A stretch of DNA of 64,000 nt from Eledone cirrhosa (lineage: Eukaryota). The notes beneath the pieces were generated by a model that had not been told where the DNA came from, ran no database searches, and saw only the letters and a program-made list of their open reading frames with translations. Both the position numbers and the translations under genes were made by a program. Where the stretch lies: NCBI GenBank assembly GCA_964016885.1, contig OZ024742.1, positions 271,560,001 to 271,624,000 of the forward strand. Direction: 5' to 3'. Below, piece after piece: positions 37,957 to 51,073 of the stretch; the stretch's first letter is position 1, and each line of letters starts with the position of its first letter.

Positions 37957-38596
37957 GAAAAAGTGAAGAATAACATGGTCAAATGTAAAAAAAAGGGGAA
38001 TTTATTTACAGTCTAACAATTGTTTCTCTGATTAAGTTGTCTAAAAATTGCTGAACACTAGAAGCAGTGCAACTGAATTTTAAATACGATTTTAGCTCAA
38101 TCAGAACATTAGACACTATTACAAAAAATATATAAGCGGAAAATCTATCAATTAACCAACATAAAAATATCTTATATCTACATTCATATTTTATGTGTCT
38201 CTATCTTTCACTTTCTATCTCTTTATTTCTCTCGCTAAATTTATTTCATCTCTGGCATTTTATTTTATCTTATCATATCATTTTCACTTCTAATATAACA
38301 CAACTAATTAATCAAATAATTAATTCATTAAAATAACCAATAAATATATTTAACATTATCATATTTATACCTTCGTATCTCTCTATATGTTAACCACTTT
38401 CAATAATCTTAACATGTTTAAATTTCTTCGCACATTTTTACTTATTTATTTTCATATTTTCATATTTCATATTTTGTATCATATTGTATCATCCTCGATG
38501 TAATTTGATAATTTATTTATTTATTTATATATTTATTTATTTATTTATTTATATTTATTCATGTATTAACATTTATTCATTTATTGTTGATATCAT

Positions 38597-39325
38597 TAAA
38601 TATAAGTATGTATACGTACATACATATATGTATACAGACGATGGTTGCTAGACACTGTACGGCTTAATATGGAATGTTTGTTTACAAACACACCGAGCAT
38701 TATAATAAATGTTCAGTGAATCCATACGTACATATATATATGTGTGCATGTATGTATATATATATACATACTACTGTACGTCTGTATACATATATTTATG
38801 TACGTATACATACATATATTTAAGTAACAGCCGTACTAAGAGTGAGAAATGACATTTCGTATCATTTTTTCCGTTTATCGTTTTCGGTACCCCGGCTGAT
38901 TAACTCACTCGATATGCAAATTAGGCTGCTCAGCCGTTAATATGCATAAGGAAAGTATATACTTTCAGAGGTTCAATCATCTGGCAGGACGGTATACGCT
39001 GCTGACGATAGCTAATAAGCTTGGAACTAGTACAGCATTCCTTTGCCAGTGTTGAACATATGAGCAGCTTAATATATGTATACAGACGATGGTTGCTAGA
39101 CACTGTACGGCTTAATATGGAATGTTTGTTTACAAACACACCGAGTATTATAATAAATGTTCAGTGAATCCATACGTACATATATATATATGTGTGCATG
39201 TATGTATATATATATACATATTTTTGTACGTCTGTATACATATATGTATGTAAGTATACATACTTATATTTAAGTAACAGCCGTACTAAGAGTGAGAAAT
39301 GAAATTTCGTTTAATTTTTCCGTTG
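38597..39325. repeat. About 250-bp segment duplicated at about 448-bp spacing; the first copy is bounded by about 45-bp inverted repeats
   Basis: 38625-38880 approximately equals 39073-39325; ttaaatataagtatgtatacgtacata..tatacagacg versus cgtctgtataca..tatgtacgtatacatacatatatttaa. Confidence 0.75.
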
Positions 39326-39573
39326 AAATCATTATTTTCCCTTTATTTTTATTTTTCTCTTGCGTTATTTCTTCTTCATCCTTTTCTCTACTCTTTCTAT
39401 CTTCCTTTCTCTATATCTTTGTCTCTCTCTATATCTTTCTCTGTTTTCATTTCTCCTTTTTTTTCTTCTTCTTTTTCTTTTTCTTTTTTCTTTCTTTCTT
39501 TCCTTTATCTATCTCTCTTTCTTTCTTTTTTCTCTCTCTATCTTAATTATTAATATTATTATTGATGCTGTAA

Positions 39574-39688
39574 TTTCAAATCCCGCCGAGGTTGACTTTG
39601 CCTTTCATCCTTACGGGGTCGATAAAATAAAGTACCAGTAATGCACTGGGTAATTGCTGGCCTTGTGCCTAAAGTAGAAACAATTATT
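39574..39688 (+). mobile_element. 5'-truncated SINE with about 22-bp TSD (attattattgatgctgtaattt)
   Basis: Duplication at 39555-39576 and 39683-39704. Confidence 0.9.
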
Positions 39689-39739
39689 ATTGATGCTGTA
39701 ATTTGAATTTGTAGATTTGCCGGTTATATATTTGTTGTA

Positions 39740-39848
39740 ATAGTCTCTGATGTTCTGATTGAGCTAACATGGTATTTAAAATTGAGTGGCACTGCTAGTA
39801 TTCAGCAATTTTTAGACAACTTAATCAGAGAAACAATTGTTAGACTGT
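39740..39848 (+). ncRNA. Hammerhead-like motif with extended stem II and A9>U
   Basis: atagtct-CTGATGT-tctgattgag..(about 55 nt)..cttaatcaga-GAAAC-aatt-GTT-agactgt; mirror copy at about 38006-38120. Confidence 0.55.
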
Positions 39849-40299
39849 AAATAAATTCCCCTTTTTTGTACTGTTGACCATGTTATTCTTCACTTTTTCA
39901 ATTGTATTACTCCAAGATAAACTTACATAGGAATACAAGTGAAATCATAAACTCGCCCATCTACGTAAACCTCTTGTTGAGTCAAACAACGGCGTACGCA
40001 AAAACTATCCATAATAAGAAGTATTCACAACCTCTAACTGGATTACCTATAACGATATTTTGTTATCCCTTATATATATATATTTATATATATATAGACA
40101 TAAAAAGAAAGAGAGAGAGAGGGTGGAGAAGGGGGTTAGTGAGAGATTCAGAGAGATGGACATATTTTATTCGTAATTGCTTGGAAAACGTGTTCCGCAA
40201 ATTACAGAATAGAGCCTCTATTAAATACAATCAGCACGACACCAATTTACTCATCAAACCAAATGGACATTAGAATCCGAACATGTTCAACAATTAATT

Positions 40300-40403
<104 letters not shown>

Positions 40404-40410
40404 TTATATA

Positions 40411-40490
<80 letters not shown>

Positions 40491-40577
40491 CATGAATGTA
40501 AGTATAGGTGTGCGTGTAGAAATTAGTGTTTAGTTTGTAAACTATGTCAATATGAATTGGGCGGTAAGTATTTAAAA

Positions 40578-41147
40578 CTTGCTGAGATACCCAGCTTCGC
40601 CCGGGTAAACGTATGATAAGGGAAGACATATAGAAGAGAAGAATGACTCGACTGTCTGTTTCTCAGGTTTACAGTATGAGGCGAGACCGTGTGTGTTACC
40701 AGAATATGAAGCGGAAAAAATATTCCCGATACACCAGATTCTTCATTTTACCTTTCGTGCATAGTATATCAAGATTTTTTCGGTTTTTCCACTCGTGAAC
40801 AACCTACATATAAATGTCAATGGATAAAAAGTGATTCTTTTGTAATCAATTTAAAAACTTTGAAACTCTGAGCCTGAGATTTATGAGTGATCGTAGCAAA
40901 ACTGTCTCTAACAGGCAACTAATGACTTGAGAATCTGAACGGCAGCTCGGTAGAGGAAGGGATCAGAGGAATCTTGGGAATAAATGCATTTTCTCCTTGA
41001 TGATTGCCTCAAAGAATAGTCACCTATAGGAGATCCTTCATTATCCTCCTGGCTGTAAAGTGTGTGTCATTGCATAGAAGTATCGGGTTCACGTTTCTTT
41101 AGCGGCTGATGGAAGATCCATTATTTCATATTATATGTAGATATAGA
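40578..41147 (-). mobile_element. Non-autonomous Helitron, same family as 18868-19224
   Basis: Shares the terminal hairpin (acccagcttcgcccgggt), tacagtatgaggcgag, gtatcattgcataga-like segment and the tattatatgtagatataga 5' end. Terminal CTAG is mutated to CAAG. Confidence 0.75.
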
Positions 41148-41527
41148 TATATATATATATAAATATAATTTATATAGATATAGATATATAGATAATATAT
41201 ATTTATAAAATAGATAATATATATATATATATAAAATGGATAATATATATATATACAAAACTTTTACATAGATCTAAATGATATACATACCAACACACAA
41301 ATATATATCCTATATACGATCGTAAAATGATGAATTTTTTAATATAAGGAAAAGTTTCTTTGATTTTATTCATTGCTTTTATTAATTTATATATATATAT
41401 ATATATATAGGGAGAGAGAGAGAGAAAATTGAGGTTGGTAATGGCACATGGAATATATAAGAGACATAATACTTTTTTGTGAAAAAACATATAATTTTAT
41501 AAGGTAAGGAAAGAATAAAGGGTATAA

Positions 41528-41575
41528 AAAATGACCGGTTTCGATGGGTCTGCAAAAGCCATCTTTTCAAATGTT
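41528..41575 (-). ncRNA. Minimal hammerhead, U3:A8 variant
   Basis: Exact mirror of 46246-46293. Confidence 0.6.
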
Positions 41576-42864
41576 GATTAATATTAAGAAAAATTTATAA
41601 TAAGAAGAGTTAAAATTTGAGATTTGAAAATTCAAGTATGAAATTCAGTGTGGGATTTCATAGTAGTTTTCATCTTGGTAGCAGCAAGTTGACTGCTGTG
41701 TGTCCCTTTCTGGTAGTGAATGAGGAATTATTTGGGGGGAGTGGGTTTTTTTAAGGTCAGATTTAGCAATAGCCAGATGGCCAGCTGCTGGTCAGTGAGG
41801 GGGTGGAAGCAATATACATACATATATCTCCATGTGGTCGGTAGGAGAGGGAAGAGTGATAGAAAGGCATTTAGTGCACTTACACCTATATATACACATA
41901 CCCTCATCCACACACACATACATATACTATACATATATATATATATATACACACACACACATACATACACACACACATACATATACATACACACATACAC
42001 ACACACACATATATACATACACACACATATATATATACACACACACATATATATACATACACATACATCCAGATACACACATACATACACACACACACAC
42101 ACATACATACACACATATATATATATATGTACATACACATATATATATATATATATACACACACATACATACACACACACATATACATACACACATACAA
42201 ACACACACACACACATATATACACATACACACACATATATATACATACAAACACACACATATATATATACATACACATACATCCAGATACACACATACAT
42301 ACACACACACACACCCACATACATACACATACATACATCCACATGCACACACATACACACACACACACACATACACATATATACACCCACACACATAGAG
42401 AAATGGCCTCCAAATATATATATATATACATACATACACATATTTTTTCCATAATATAAGAAGTTAGAACAGTGAAATTAAAATACAAGTCATTCTGATC
42501 ACATTGAGTTCTGCATGTAGATTGGGCCCCGCAACCGACAGTGGTGAATTATGTGTGCGCATATATATACATAGATATATGTGTGTGCACGTGCAGGTTT
42601 AACATGGATGTGTTGGTCACACAAAGGCATGGTCTGTCAACGAATAAACCTGATTCTACAGAATTGGTCTCTGGTCTTTAATAGTACTGATAATTATATA
42701 CATGCACACATACACACACATATCTGTCACTCCGTGCGTATGTGTGTTTATATTTTATGACAATTCTATTGGGGTGATAACCCGTTTAGTTTTGGTTTAA
42801 ATTTGTTAAGGAATAGATTTTCTTTGTTTATTCTTTGTTGCTGTGTGAACGAATCTGAGCACTT

Positions 42865-43995
42865 TTAGAAGGGGAAGATTTTAAAGTTGGGCAGTGTCAT
42901 TCCTGCGCAGTTCGCAATATGGCTGCTCAAGGGGACTTTTCTTGTGTTAGCGTCCCGGATTTGTTGGCGGTGGATGGTCATTCTTTTGCGTAATGAGGTG
43001 CCCGTCTGTCCTATGTAGTTGTGTTTGCACCCACCGCAAGTTATTGCGTAAATCAAGTTCTCCGAGTTGCAGGTGAAATTGTTTTTTACTGTAAATGTTT
43101 GGCCATCTTTAAATGTAAATGTTTGTCCTTCAGTGAGGTAGAGGCACGTTCCACAGTTTGTTCTACCACATTTGGTAACTGTAGGATTGAGGATTGGTTT
43201 GGGTATATTTGGTCCAGTGAGAATGCGTTTTAGTGATTTGGGTTGTCTTTTACTTTTAAGGATCTTGTGTGTTTCAAGAATAGACTTCATTTTTACATCT
43301 TTAAGTAGGATGGGGAGGTTTTTGTGTAGGTGATCAAACATTTCGGTATTTCTGGGGTTGAAAGTGCATACATATGGCAGGGTGTTGAGTGTGGTTTTCT
43401 GTTTTGGATTGTTAAGTTGATGGGGATTTAGGTGTTTTGCCCTGTCTATTCCATTGTTGATTATTTCAAGTGGAAAGGCTCTTAAGATAAGGGTGTCTTT
43501 TAGTTCCTTTAGTCTTTGCTCCCGTTTAGGTGGATCTGATACTATGATACATATACGTTTGGCCAAATTGTAAGGAATGTTAAGTTTTGTATGTTTTGGG
43601 TGACTTGATGTGAAAAAGAGGTATTGCTTGGAATCTGTGGGTTTATAGAATATATCTGTATCTAATTTCCCGTCTATTACAGTGATGAGAATATCCAAGA
43701 AGGCTAATTCCTTGGGATTGGATTCCATTGTGAATTGTATGTTATTATCTATGTTGTTTATCATGTTTTTAAACATAGTAAGTGAGTTCATGTCTTCTTG
43801 CGATAGGATAAAGCAGTCGTCTAGATATCTTTTCCAATTGGCCTTGAGGTGTGTGTGGAAAGAGTCTCCAAATAAGAAAAGGGACTGACTGTATATTTGT
43901 TGTTCATGGAATCCCATGACTAGGTTGGCATATGTGGGTGCTACGTTCGTGCTCATTGCAGTACCTGATACTTGTCTGTATGTTGAACCATTCAA
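42865..43995 (-). CDS. Largest open fragment of the PLE RT-thumb-GIY-YIG protein (376 aa; part of a disrupted ORF spanning about 42766-45670)
   Basis: YLDD catalytic motif and GIY-YIG motif in one frame. Confidence 0.85.
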   Translation of the reverse strand: MNGSTYRQVSGTAMSTNVAPTYANLVMGFHEQQIYSQSLFLFGDSFHTHLKANWKRYLDDCFILSQEDMNSLTMFKNMINNIDNNIQFTMESNPKELAFLDILITVIDGKLDTDIFYKPTDSKQYLFFTSSHPKHTKLNIPYNLAKRICIIVSDPPKREQRLKELKDTLILRAFPLEIINNGIDRAKHLNPHQLNNPKQKTTLNTLPYVCTFNPRNTEMFDHLHKNLPILLKDVKMKSILETHKILKSKRQPKSLKRILTGPNIPKPILNPTVTKCGRTNCGTCLYLTEGQTFTFKDGQTFTVKNNFTCNSENLIYAITCGGCKHNYIGQTGTSLRKRMTIHRQQIRDANTRKVPLSSHIANCAGMTLPNFKIFPF

Positions 43996-45677
43996 TGTGA
44001 ATTAGTTATTTTGTAGGATAAAGCGGAGTCCGTCAGTGATAAAATCTTTGTTGATGCGTGTCGGTATTTCTGATGGGTGTGTGTTAAACCAGTATTGGAC
44101 TGCTGTTATTCCATAGTTGTGGGGGTATGTTAGTGTAGAGGTTTATTACGTCAAAGGAGACAATAATTGTATTTGCACTTACTGTTTTAGGGAGGTGTTT
44201 CAGCATGTCAAGGTCATCTCGTATGTAGCTCTGTATATGTTGTAGAAAGGGTTTCAGTAGGATGTCCAGAAAGTTGCTAAGTCTGTGGGTTTCACATGTA
44301 GGGCCTGCTATAATTGGCCTGAGTTTTATGTCTTCTGGTGGTGTTAGTTCAATGTAATTGTTGGTTGAGGTGTCACATGCATCGTTTAAGGGTTTACATT
44401 TGTGGAGTTTCGGTAAGCCGTAAAAGGAGCTTGTATTGCATTTGAAGTGGCTTATATAGTTAAACTCTTTTGTGGTTAAGCTTTTGCGGTATTTATTCAG
44501 TAAGTTCAAAAGGTTCCCCATTGTTTTGGTGTGTTTGTAGTTTTCTGTTTTTTCATAGTATGTGTTGTTTTCTAAAATGTTAAGTGCGAGGGTCCTATAG
44601 TAGTCCGTATTCATCATGACAACAGTACTGCCTTTATCGGCTTCTTTGATGGTTATCTCAGGGTTGTTTCTAAGTGTGAATAATTCTTCCCATTCGTGTG
44701 TAGATAGGTTTGATTTCGTGTGTTTATTTGTAATTTTTTCATAGGGAAAGTTGGTGATGTGTTCGCAGTAAGTGTGCAGTACTTTATTTCTTCCCGTTTG
44801 TGGGCAGAAATGGCTTTTATTTCTAACCAGTGATTCGTCTTCAGTGTTGGTGTCGTTGTGGAAGATTCCCGTTAGTCACAACTTTCGGCAGAATTCTATG
44901 ATGTCATCCTTCATTTCGGGGAAGTTTGGTTTACGTGGTGTAGGTGTAAATTTCAGGCCCTTACTTAAAATGTTGATTTGTGTGTTGGTTAGAGGTGTCT
45001 TTGTGAGGTTGATTATTTTTGGTTTCTCCTGAGAAGGGGGGGGGGGGGGACATCGAGTATCCTGGTATTTCAGGCTTTTCCCTAAAAAAGGAATGTAGTT
45101 TTGTGTGTGACTATATTTTGTTGGTCTGTTGCGTGTGGGTCTGTAGCTTGTTGTTTCATGAGGGTGAATGTGATGGTGGGGGTGGTATGTGTTGTGGTTG
45201 TTAATGAGCAAGGGTTCTGTTGTTGGTTCATGTGGTCTGGGTGCGGTATTTCTGTGGTACAGTGTTGAGGTTGGGGGGTGGTCTTTTGTTGGATTGAAGG
45301 CGATGTCTGGTGTGGTTGTGGGTAAGTTTTGTTGTGATTTCAAGTGGTCTGGGTGGATTTCTTCTGAGGAATGTGGTGTGTGTGTTGTGAGTTGGATCTA
45401 TGTTATTTCGTCGTTGGTTTATGTAGGGGTATTTCTACGGAAACCTGTGTTGTGGTGGTTGGGTGTGTTTCTTTTGGTGTAGTTGGCCGTATTTGGTTTG
45501 TGTTGGTGGGGGATGTGCCTGTGGTTAGTGTGTGTTGGGTTTGGTGGTTTAAATGTGTCTGTTGTAGTTCTTGTTACGTTCAAATGCTTTATAAATGGGT
45601 TACCTGTTTGGTGCGTCCTTTTAAAGTCTTCTTCATATTTGAGGAACCAGTTTTCGGATTTTTCCCACATATGTGTA

Positions 45678-45728
<51 letters not shown>

Positions 45729-45850
45729 GTGTATCTGGATGTATGTGTATGTATATATGTGTGTGTATATATATATATGTGTGTGTATGTGTATATATGT
45801 GTGTGTGTATGTGTGTATGTATATGTATGTGTGTGTATGTATGTGTGTGT

Positions 45851-45897
<47 letters not shown>

Positions 45898-46245
45898 ATG
45901 TATGTGTGTGTGGATGAGGGTATGTGTATATATAGGTGTAAGTGCACTAAATCCCTTTCTATCACTCTCCCCTCTCCTACGGACAAAATGGAGATATATG
46001 TATGTATATGGCTTCCACCCCCTCACTGACCAGCAGCTGGCCATCTGGCCATTGCTAAATCTGACCTTAAAAAAACCCACTCCCCACAAATAATTCCTCA
46101 TTCACTACCAGACAGGGACACACAGCAGTCAGCTTGCTGCAACCAAGATGAAAACTACTATGAAATCCCACACTGAATTTTATACTTGAATTTTCAAATC
46201 TCAAATTTTAACTCTTCTTATTATAAATTTTTCTTAATATTAATC

Positions 46246-46293
46246 AACATTTGAAAAGATGGCTTTTGCAGACCCATCGAAACCGGTCATTTT
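46246..46293 (+). ncRNA. Minimal hammerhead, U3:A8 variant
   Basis: aacat-TTGAAAA-gatgg cttttgcagac ccatc-GAAAC-CG-GTC-atttt; stem I is weak. Confidence 0.6.
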
Positions 46294-46434
46294 TTATACC
46301 CTTTATTCTTTCCTTACCTTATAAAATTATATGTTTTTTCACAAAAAAGTATTCTGACTCTTATATATTCCATGTGCCATTACCAACCTCAATTTTCTCT
46401 ATAACCTTTGTTTTGTGTAGAAACTTACACTTTT

Positions 46435-46476
<42 letters not shown>

Positions 46477-46477
46477 T

Positions 46478-47200
46478 ATGTAACTTAGTAAGGTATATCG
46501 TACGGAACGAACGCGCAAACAAACAAACACAAACACACAGACACATGCACAATATACAAAATGTGACGCTTTCGTTGTGTATCCCTTTATAGTTGTCTAT
46601 AGTGGATTATTTTAGTTAAACTGTTATATTGTTTTGATCAAGATGAATATAAACAATTTATGTCGGCACTCCCGGCGTCTCATGCTATTTTTACCTTATA
46701 AGATTCGATTTGATCGTGCCCATTGGGAATGCATAAGGAAATGACGGACAGACAGAGAGTGCGACAGACAATTTTGAGATGATAAGGTGATAAAACGATG
46801 TTCTCTTTATATTAGTTTTCCAGACACTTAACATAGACTTTACCGGGGAGGCGTAACAAGGAGGTACTCTATAATTGGCACGATCTCGCTTCATGCCTTT
46901 TTGAAATTTGGGATTATCACTCCCGATCACCATTGCCTTTCCAGACATTTAAGATTTTTAACGCTTTGGGCCGAATTTCACCCCCCTAGTGGTCTTGCGA
47001 CATTTGAGTTCTTTATATGCTCTTGTGACGTCAGTGTCTGAGAAATTCGTCATGCATCTCATGTACATCAGAATATATTGTGATCAGGATAACAGCAAGT
47101 TATTCTCTCCACCACACACTGATGTATTTCTCTGAAGAGGAGAGACCCCAGATGCGATCGTCATATCAATAATGGAAGAGGACATTTTATTCCGAATTTG
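46478..47200 (-). mobile_element. Possible old PLE 3' remnant
   Basis: Weak GIY-YIG-like traces on minus (..EHIKNSNVAR.., REHRFIT), a half-HHR (cGAAAgcGTC) near 46565, and a (TA)n boundary. Confidence 0.3.
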
Positions 47201-47660
47201 GCGGATCATCTGCCATAACATTTTAATTGCTGACCGGAAGTCGAATTCCAGCTTAACCACTAAGTCCTAAAACATCTGAACTTTTGACGCTTTTACCCAT
47301 CCTGTTGGGAGAAGGGGACTTATTTCCAAGCAAAGCATTGTAGGCCTGCTTCTTTGTTTGGATAGAGTCTTGACTTCTTCATTAAAAAAAGAAATCCTCC
47401 GGCTATTCGGCACCACAATATGTCTCATTCTGTAGGTCCAACATGTGGTGGTCGTCTTTGATTTTAGGTAGGCTGAAGTTGCAGATTACTAGATAGGGAC
47501 TAGTTGACAGTTCTGCTCCTCTCTTAACAAGAATATATTGAACATAAATTAAGAAATCCAACGAAAGCTACAGTACAAAAGTCACGCAACTATGTTGAGG
47601 AAACACTATCTATATCTAGCCGATAGTATCTAAGCACCTTCACTTGTTTATGCTTGTATA

Positions 47661-47870
47661 ATATTTGGTGTTAAGATAGTGACATATCCTCATGTGAACG
47701 TAATGGGCTTATACCATTAAGTACACATGAAGATATATCACTATCTTAACACCAAATATCATATTTTATCTGACGAAAGCTTACTTAAATATTAGTACCC
47801 TTGAAATACGTATAATAAAATAAATGTTGTTTTGTAAATATATTTTCCATTTATTAATATTCTTAATATA
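47661..47870 (+). mobile_element. PLE 3'-end remnant: about 100-bp fold-back (47661-47759) followed by a degenerate HHR (47762-47822)
   Basis: atatttggtgttaagatagtga versus tcactatcttaacaccaaatat; tattttat-CTGACGA..GAAA-tacgta-TA-ataaaata. Confidence 0.7.
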
Positions 47871-47883
47871 TATATATATATAT

Positions 47884-48372
47884 CAATGATATTAAATAAA
47901 TGGAAACTATATTTACAAAACCATATTTATTCTATTGTGTATATTTCAAGGGTATCAACACTTTGGTACGCTCTCATCAGATAAAATACAAGGTCTGTTT
48001 TATAAGTATTGACATATCCAGGAAGAAGATCTTAACGGTTCAAGTTTTTCCTGAAGAAAGAAGGGAAAGGAAAGAAAAGTCAAATATTTCAAATATTTGA
48101 CTTTTCTTCATTTTCCCTTCTTTCCTTTTACTATCCCTTCTTCCTGGATATGTCAATATTTATAAAACAAAATTTGTATTTCATCTGATTGGAGCGTACT
48201 AAAGTTTTTGTACCCTTGAAATGTAGTTAATAGAATAAATATGATTTTGTAAATATAATTTCCATTTATTTAATATCATTGATATTATACTCCAGAAAAA
48301 AGATGTCGAGTGCTTCGAATAAGTTATAAACATATATTCGTTGAATTACCAACATATTAAATATCCCTTTCG

Positions 48373-48375
<3 letters not shown>
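47884..48375. mobile_element. Mini tail-out PLE pair; HHR on minus 47928-47988, degenerate HHR on plus 48176-48237
   Basis: Arms are reverse complements about a centre near 48090; homologous to the 21122-21330 terminus; (TA)n on both sides. Confidence 0.8.
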
Positions 48376-48470
<95 letters not shown>

Positions 48471-48551
48471 AGTATACGTATGTACAAACACGCCCCGCAC
48501 ACACACATTACACACCCACACACACACACACACAGACATATATATATATAT

Positions 48552-51033
48552 ACAATATATTAATAAATGGAAACATCTATTTATAAAACCATAATTATTT
48601 TATTATATATATTTCAAGGGCGACCAAGGTAAATCATGGTGCGCTTTCATCAGATAAAATACAGATTTGTTTTATAAATAAATATTGACATACCCGGAAA
48701 AAAGACAACCTCAACGGTTGAAATTCGCTGGATAGTGGAGGTACTTGAGGGTGATACAAAGTTGTGAGTCAGTATGCAAATTGGTGTCGGAAAAATTGAA
48801 AAAAACAACGGTTTATTTAAATTAAACTGTTGGAAGAAAATAGATGTAAAAGGGAGAGAGACGAGATAGATGTAAAAAGGAGAGAGACCCAAATTGAGAG
48901 GGGGAGAGATGAAGAGAATAGATAAAGAGAATAGAAAGAGAAAGAGAGAGATAGAAGAAAAAGAGAAAATATATAATATTGAGAGAGAGTGTGAAGGAAA
49001 GAACAAATAATTGAGATGGAGAGAGAAATTAAAAAGTATTTTGCGGGAGAGAGAAAAGAAATTTGAAAAAATATTAGAAAAAGAGGGAGAAAGGGTAGTG
49101 AGAAGAAAGTAAAAGAGAAAGATGGGTGAGGTGAGAGTAGAAATAAATTTATGTAGATGAGTAGTCAGAAAGTAAATATATTATTCGTCGTCATGTTGTG
49201 TTTTATATTACTTATAAAGGTAAAATTAAAACATTAAGTTAAATTATTGATAAGAAAACTTAACTTGTTATAATTTAGTTAAAAATTTAATCAGAAATGT
49301 AATTAAAATTTAATTAGAATTTAATTAAAATTTAAATAATTACAATAAGATATATTATAAAAAGAAGTATTTAAAATGTATTAAGATGTATTAATACTAT
49401 ATAGCTTTAGATGGGTATTTTATGTTATAGGTTATAAATTATTTCAATGTATAATATTTTGCATCGGAAAAAAAACACAAGTTAGTTTAATTGATTAAAG
49501 TAAGTTTGGCAAAATTATATTTAGCCAGAGTTTATTAATAGTTGTAAGTCAAATCTTAAACATCAAATATTTATGAAGATTTACGAGAGTCTAGAAAGGA
49601 AAAATTATTTAATTAGGAGTATATATTAAAATAGGTTACAGTTACGACTATAAATTAAGACTATAAAGATTGAGATAATAAAAACAATAAGTAAGTTTAA
49701 AGGAAGTTAAAAAGGGATTTAAAAAAAAATCCAAATGATTCAAGGATAGATAAAAATCACTACGAAAGTTATAAGAAGTTATAAAAGTTCATTTTAAAAT
49801 ATAATTAAGATATTAAGATATAAGACATAATTATTGCACATATATATAAAAATAATATAAATGATTGGATATATATGAAAATACATAAGTATTAAAAATA
49901 GTTGGATATATAAGAACATACACAAGTATTAAGCATGTTTAGAATATGTACGGGTAATGGAAATTCACATCTTTCAAAAGAACCTTTCAGAAATTTAATC
50001 ATAAGTTTTACAAACATTTCCAGGAGGTGTTTCGAAGGAAATTTTTAGAATTTTTGAAAATATTTTCATAAAATAATTTCTGGAGAGTGCGATAATATAA
50101 ATATTAGAAAGTAAAGGTTTTAAGGAGTAAATTAAAATTAAAATTAATAAGTGCAATTAAGAAAAAAATGTTTAACTAAATTATAACAATACTCTTTTGT
50201 AAAGTTTTCTTATCAATAATTTAACTTAATTTTTTAACTTTACCTTTATAAGTAATATAAACACAACATAACGACGAATAATATATTTACTTTCTGACTA
50301 CTCATCTATATAAATTTATTTCTTCTATCACCTCGCACATCTTCCTCTTTCTCTTTCTTCTCCCTGCCTCTCACTACTCTTTCCCCTCTTTTTCCAATAT
50401 GTTTTCAACATTCTTTTCTCCCTCCCGCACAATACTTTTTTCTTTCTCTCTCCATCTCAATTATTTGTTCTTTCCTTCACACTCTCTCTCAATATTATAT
50501 CTTTTCTCTTTTCCTTCTATCTCTGTCTATTCTCTTTCTATTCTCTTTATCTCTCTCCCTCTCCTTCTATCTCTTTCTATTCTCTTTATCTCTCTCCCTC
50601 TCAATTTTTTGTCTCTCTCTTTTTTACATCTATCTTGTCTCTCTCCCTATTACATCTATTTACTTCAACAGTTTAATTTAAATAAACCGTTGTTCTTTTC
50701 AATTTTTCCGACACTCATTTGCCTACTCAGTCACAACTTTGTATCACCCTCAAGTACCTCCACTATCCAGCGAATTTCAACCGTTGAGGTTGTCTTTTTT
50801 CCGGGTATGTCAATATTTATTTATAAAACAAATCTGTATTTTATCTGATGAAAGCGCACCATAATTTACCTTGGTCGCGCTTGAATTATATATAATAAAA
50901 TAATTATGGTTTTATGAATATAGATTCCTTTTATTAATATATTGTATATTTACTCCACTAATTTATTGAGTGCTTTATATCAGTTATAAAATTGTTTAAG
51001 CTTGTTGAATCCCAACAAATTAAATATAACCTC

Positions 51034-51036
<3 letters not shown>
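48552..51036. mobile_element. Tail-out inverted non-coding PLE pair (arms about 48552-49290 and 50165-50945; tail to 51036)
   Basis: ORFs 48650-49006(-) and 50399-50848(+) translate near-identically, confirming the inversion; termini homologous to 32380 and 36650. Confidence 0.88.
48595..48661 (-). ncRNA. Minimal type-I hammerhead ribozyme
   Basis: tattttat-CTGATGA-aagcgcacc..ggtcgccctt-GAAA-tatata-TA-ataaaata. The mirror at 50838-50902 has a better stem II but GAAT instead of GAAA. Confidence 0.78.

Positions 51037-51069
<33 letters not shown>

Positions 51070-51073
<4 letters not shown>

Larger units (their letters stand above)
37953..40070. mobile_element. Tail-out inverted non-coding PLE-like pair (arms about 37953-38150 and 39705-39903; tail to 40070)
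   Basis: Arms are reverse complements; both ends abut (TA)n; HHR-like motif in the arms. Confidence 0.7.
41420..46437 (-). mobile_element. Penelope-like element, probably Neptune clade, with inverted 3'-UTR copy (45670-46437)
   Basis: INLTKTPLT..LSKGLKFTPTP, IKEADKGSTVV, FYGLPKLHK, LRPIIAG, SFDVINLYTNIP, GTAM..VAPTYANL, WKRYLDDCF, AFLDI, YKPTDS; Cys linker KCGRTNCGTC; GIY-YIG LIYAITC..YIGQT..R...H; ends KPKLNG. 41420-42350 is the reverse complement of 45670-46400. Confidence 0.93.

Noticed and set aside
41720-42488. Long ORFs rich in YI/HT/CV (also near 19.8k, 35.3k, 37.6k, 40.3k and 45.4-46.1k)
   Set aside because: Stop-free translations of (TA)n/(CA)n microsatellites.
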